This document shows positions 63,335 through 64,000 of a stretch of 64,000 nucleotides of DNA, piece after piece (position 1 is the stretch's first letter; each line of letters starts with the position of its first letter). The stretch comes from Clostridia bacterium. GTDB taxonomy: Bacteria; Bacillota; Clostridia; Oscillospirales; CAG-272. The DNA is taken from assembly GCA_017938205.1 (NCBI GenBank), contig JAGBCA010000058.1:53564-117563 (forward strand), given 5' to 3'. The position numbers were made by a program, and so were the translations under genes. Below the pieces are notes generated by a model. That model was not told the DNA's origin and ran no database searches. It saw only the letters and a program-made list of their open reading frames with translations.

Positions 63335-64000
63335 ACATCGGAAACCGCAGAGAATGCTTTTTTGACGATTTTCTTCTGAACAAGGAAGAAACCACCGCAC
63401 AGATCCGCCTCCACCATCCGGAAAAGCGCGAATGCGTTGTTTTGCACGATGCGCCCTGGGAGGGTGCGGCCTGCTGCTTCCACCACGTATTCTTTGATCC
63501 GCGCTGGAAGGGCGTAAACGGTCAGTATCCGAACGGAACCTACCGTATGTATCACTACGGATCCCACAGCCGCGAATTTCCCTGCCACTTAAGTGAGGAA
63601 GAGATGGAGGACGGATTCCGCATCTGCTATCTGGAGAGCGGCGACGGCATTCATTTTGAAAAGCCCGACCTCGGCATCTGCACCTACGGCGGAAGCACGC
63701 ATAACAATCTGATTCTCGATAAAACCATTCATCCCGAATCCTGCCAGCTCTACGTTTTCTATGATGAAAATCCCGATTGTCCCGAAAACGAGCGCTATAA
63801 GGGTATCACCGCCTGGGATCCGCCCAAGGTTCCTGGAAAAAGAAACGTATTTCGCCTCTTCACAATGCTATCTGCCGACGGCATTCATTTCCGTTTTGGC
63901 GAAATGATTACGAATCAAGGGTATTTCGACTCGCTCAACATCGTCATGTGGGACAAAGAGGAAAAGCTCTACCGTCTCTATGCGCGCGGTATGCGCATCA
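63328..64000 (+). CDS. hypothetical protein, N-terminal part (runs off the window); possibly glycosidase/beta-propeller-like
   Basis: ATG 63328 has an AAAGGAGA RBS and overlaps the PnuC-like stop by 7 nt. The frame is open to the window end (224 codons). Confidence 0.6.
   Translation, partial: MLNIGNRRECFFDDFLLNKEETTAQIRLHHPEKRECVVLHDAPWEGAACCFHHVFFDPRWKGVNGQYPNGTYRMYHYGSHSREFPCHLSEEEMEDGFRICYLESGDGIHFEKPDLGICTYGGSTHNNLILDKTIHPESCQLYVFYDENPDCPENERYKGITAWDPPKVPGKRNVFRLFTMLSADGIHFRFGEMITNQGYFDSLNIVMWDKEEKLYRLYARGMRI

Overview
This 64-kb chromosomal segment reads like a GC-rich, spore-forming member of the Clostridia. Support: dipicolinate synthase dpaAB, a Re-type citrate synthase plus aconitase, and Firmicute-style promoters and GGAGG ribosome-binding sites. 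Finer taxonomy cannot be settled from the sequence alone.

There are about 60 tightly packed protein genes, many translationally coupled through ATGA or TGATG overlaps. I saw no rRNA, tRNA, CRISPR array, transposase, integrase or reverse transcriptase.

Most of the window is housekeeping:
- ptsH, uvrC-rsmD-coaD, pheST, pyk, hpf, dpaAB
- a CUT1-type sugar ABC transporter
- tex, rimO, pgsA, rnhA
- a U32-maf-nth-Toprim operon
- thiamine salvage genes with a TPP riboswitch

Content that ordinary annotation does not explain:
1. A structured, mosaic repeat of about 110-125 bp. Three copies sit in tandem at 20678-21036 and a fourth at 58657-58768, with paired substitutions in their stems. A possible degenerate fifth copy sits at about 31632-31711.
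2. A 75-bp direct duplication of the pgsA 3' region and terminator, at the edge of an AT-richer islet. The islet carries two coupled XRE regulators facing a YpsA-like SLOG gene.
3. An 8-kb operon: ABC-2 ATPase, permease, two GldG-like proteins and an oversized DUF4340-like protein. Two exported trigger-factor-like paralogues follow it.
4. A translationally coupled DUF5685 / cysteine-string-like J-protein / membrane-protein module behind tex.
5. A single polypeptide fusing a VTT (DedA-superfamily) domain, a lysophospholipid acyltransferase and a zinc ribbon.
6. An orphan N6-adenine-methyltransferase-like gene whose catalytic motif reads NPPK instead of NPPY. It is divergent from a lone SbcD/YhaO-like nuclease.

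I do not see a clear-cut, self-evident new multi-gene system such as a defence island. The repeat family and the GldG/DUF4340 cluster are my best candidates for something undescribed. All functional calls rest on motif recognition by eye; no database search was possible.
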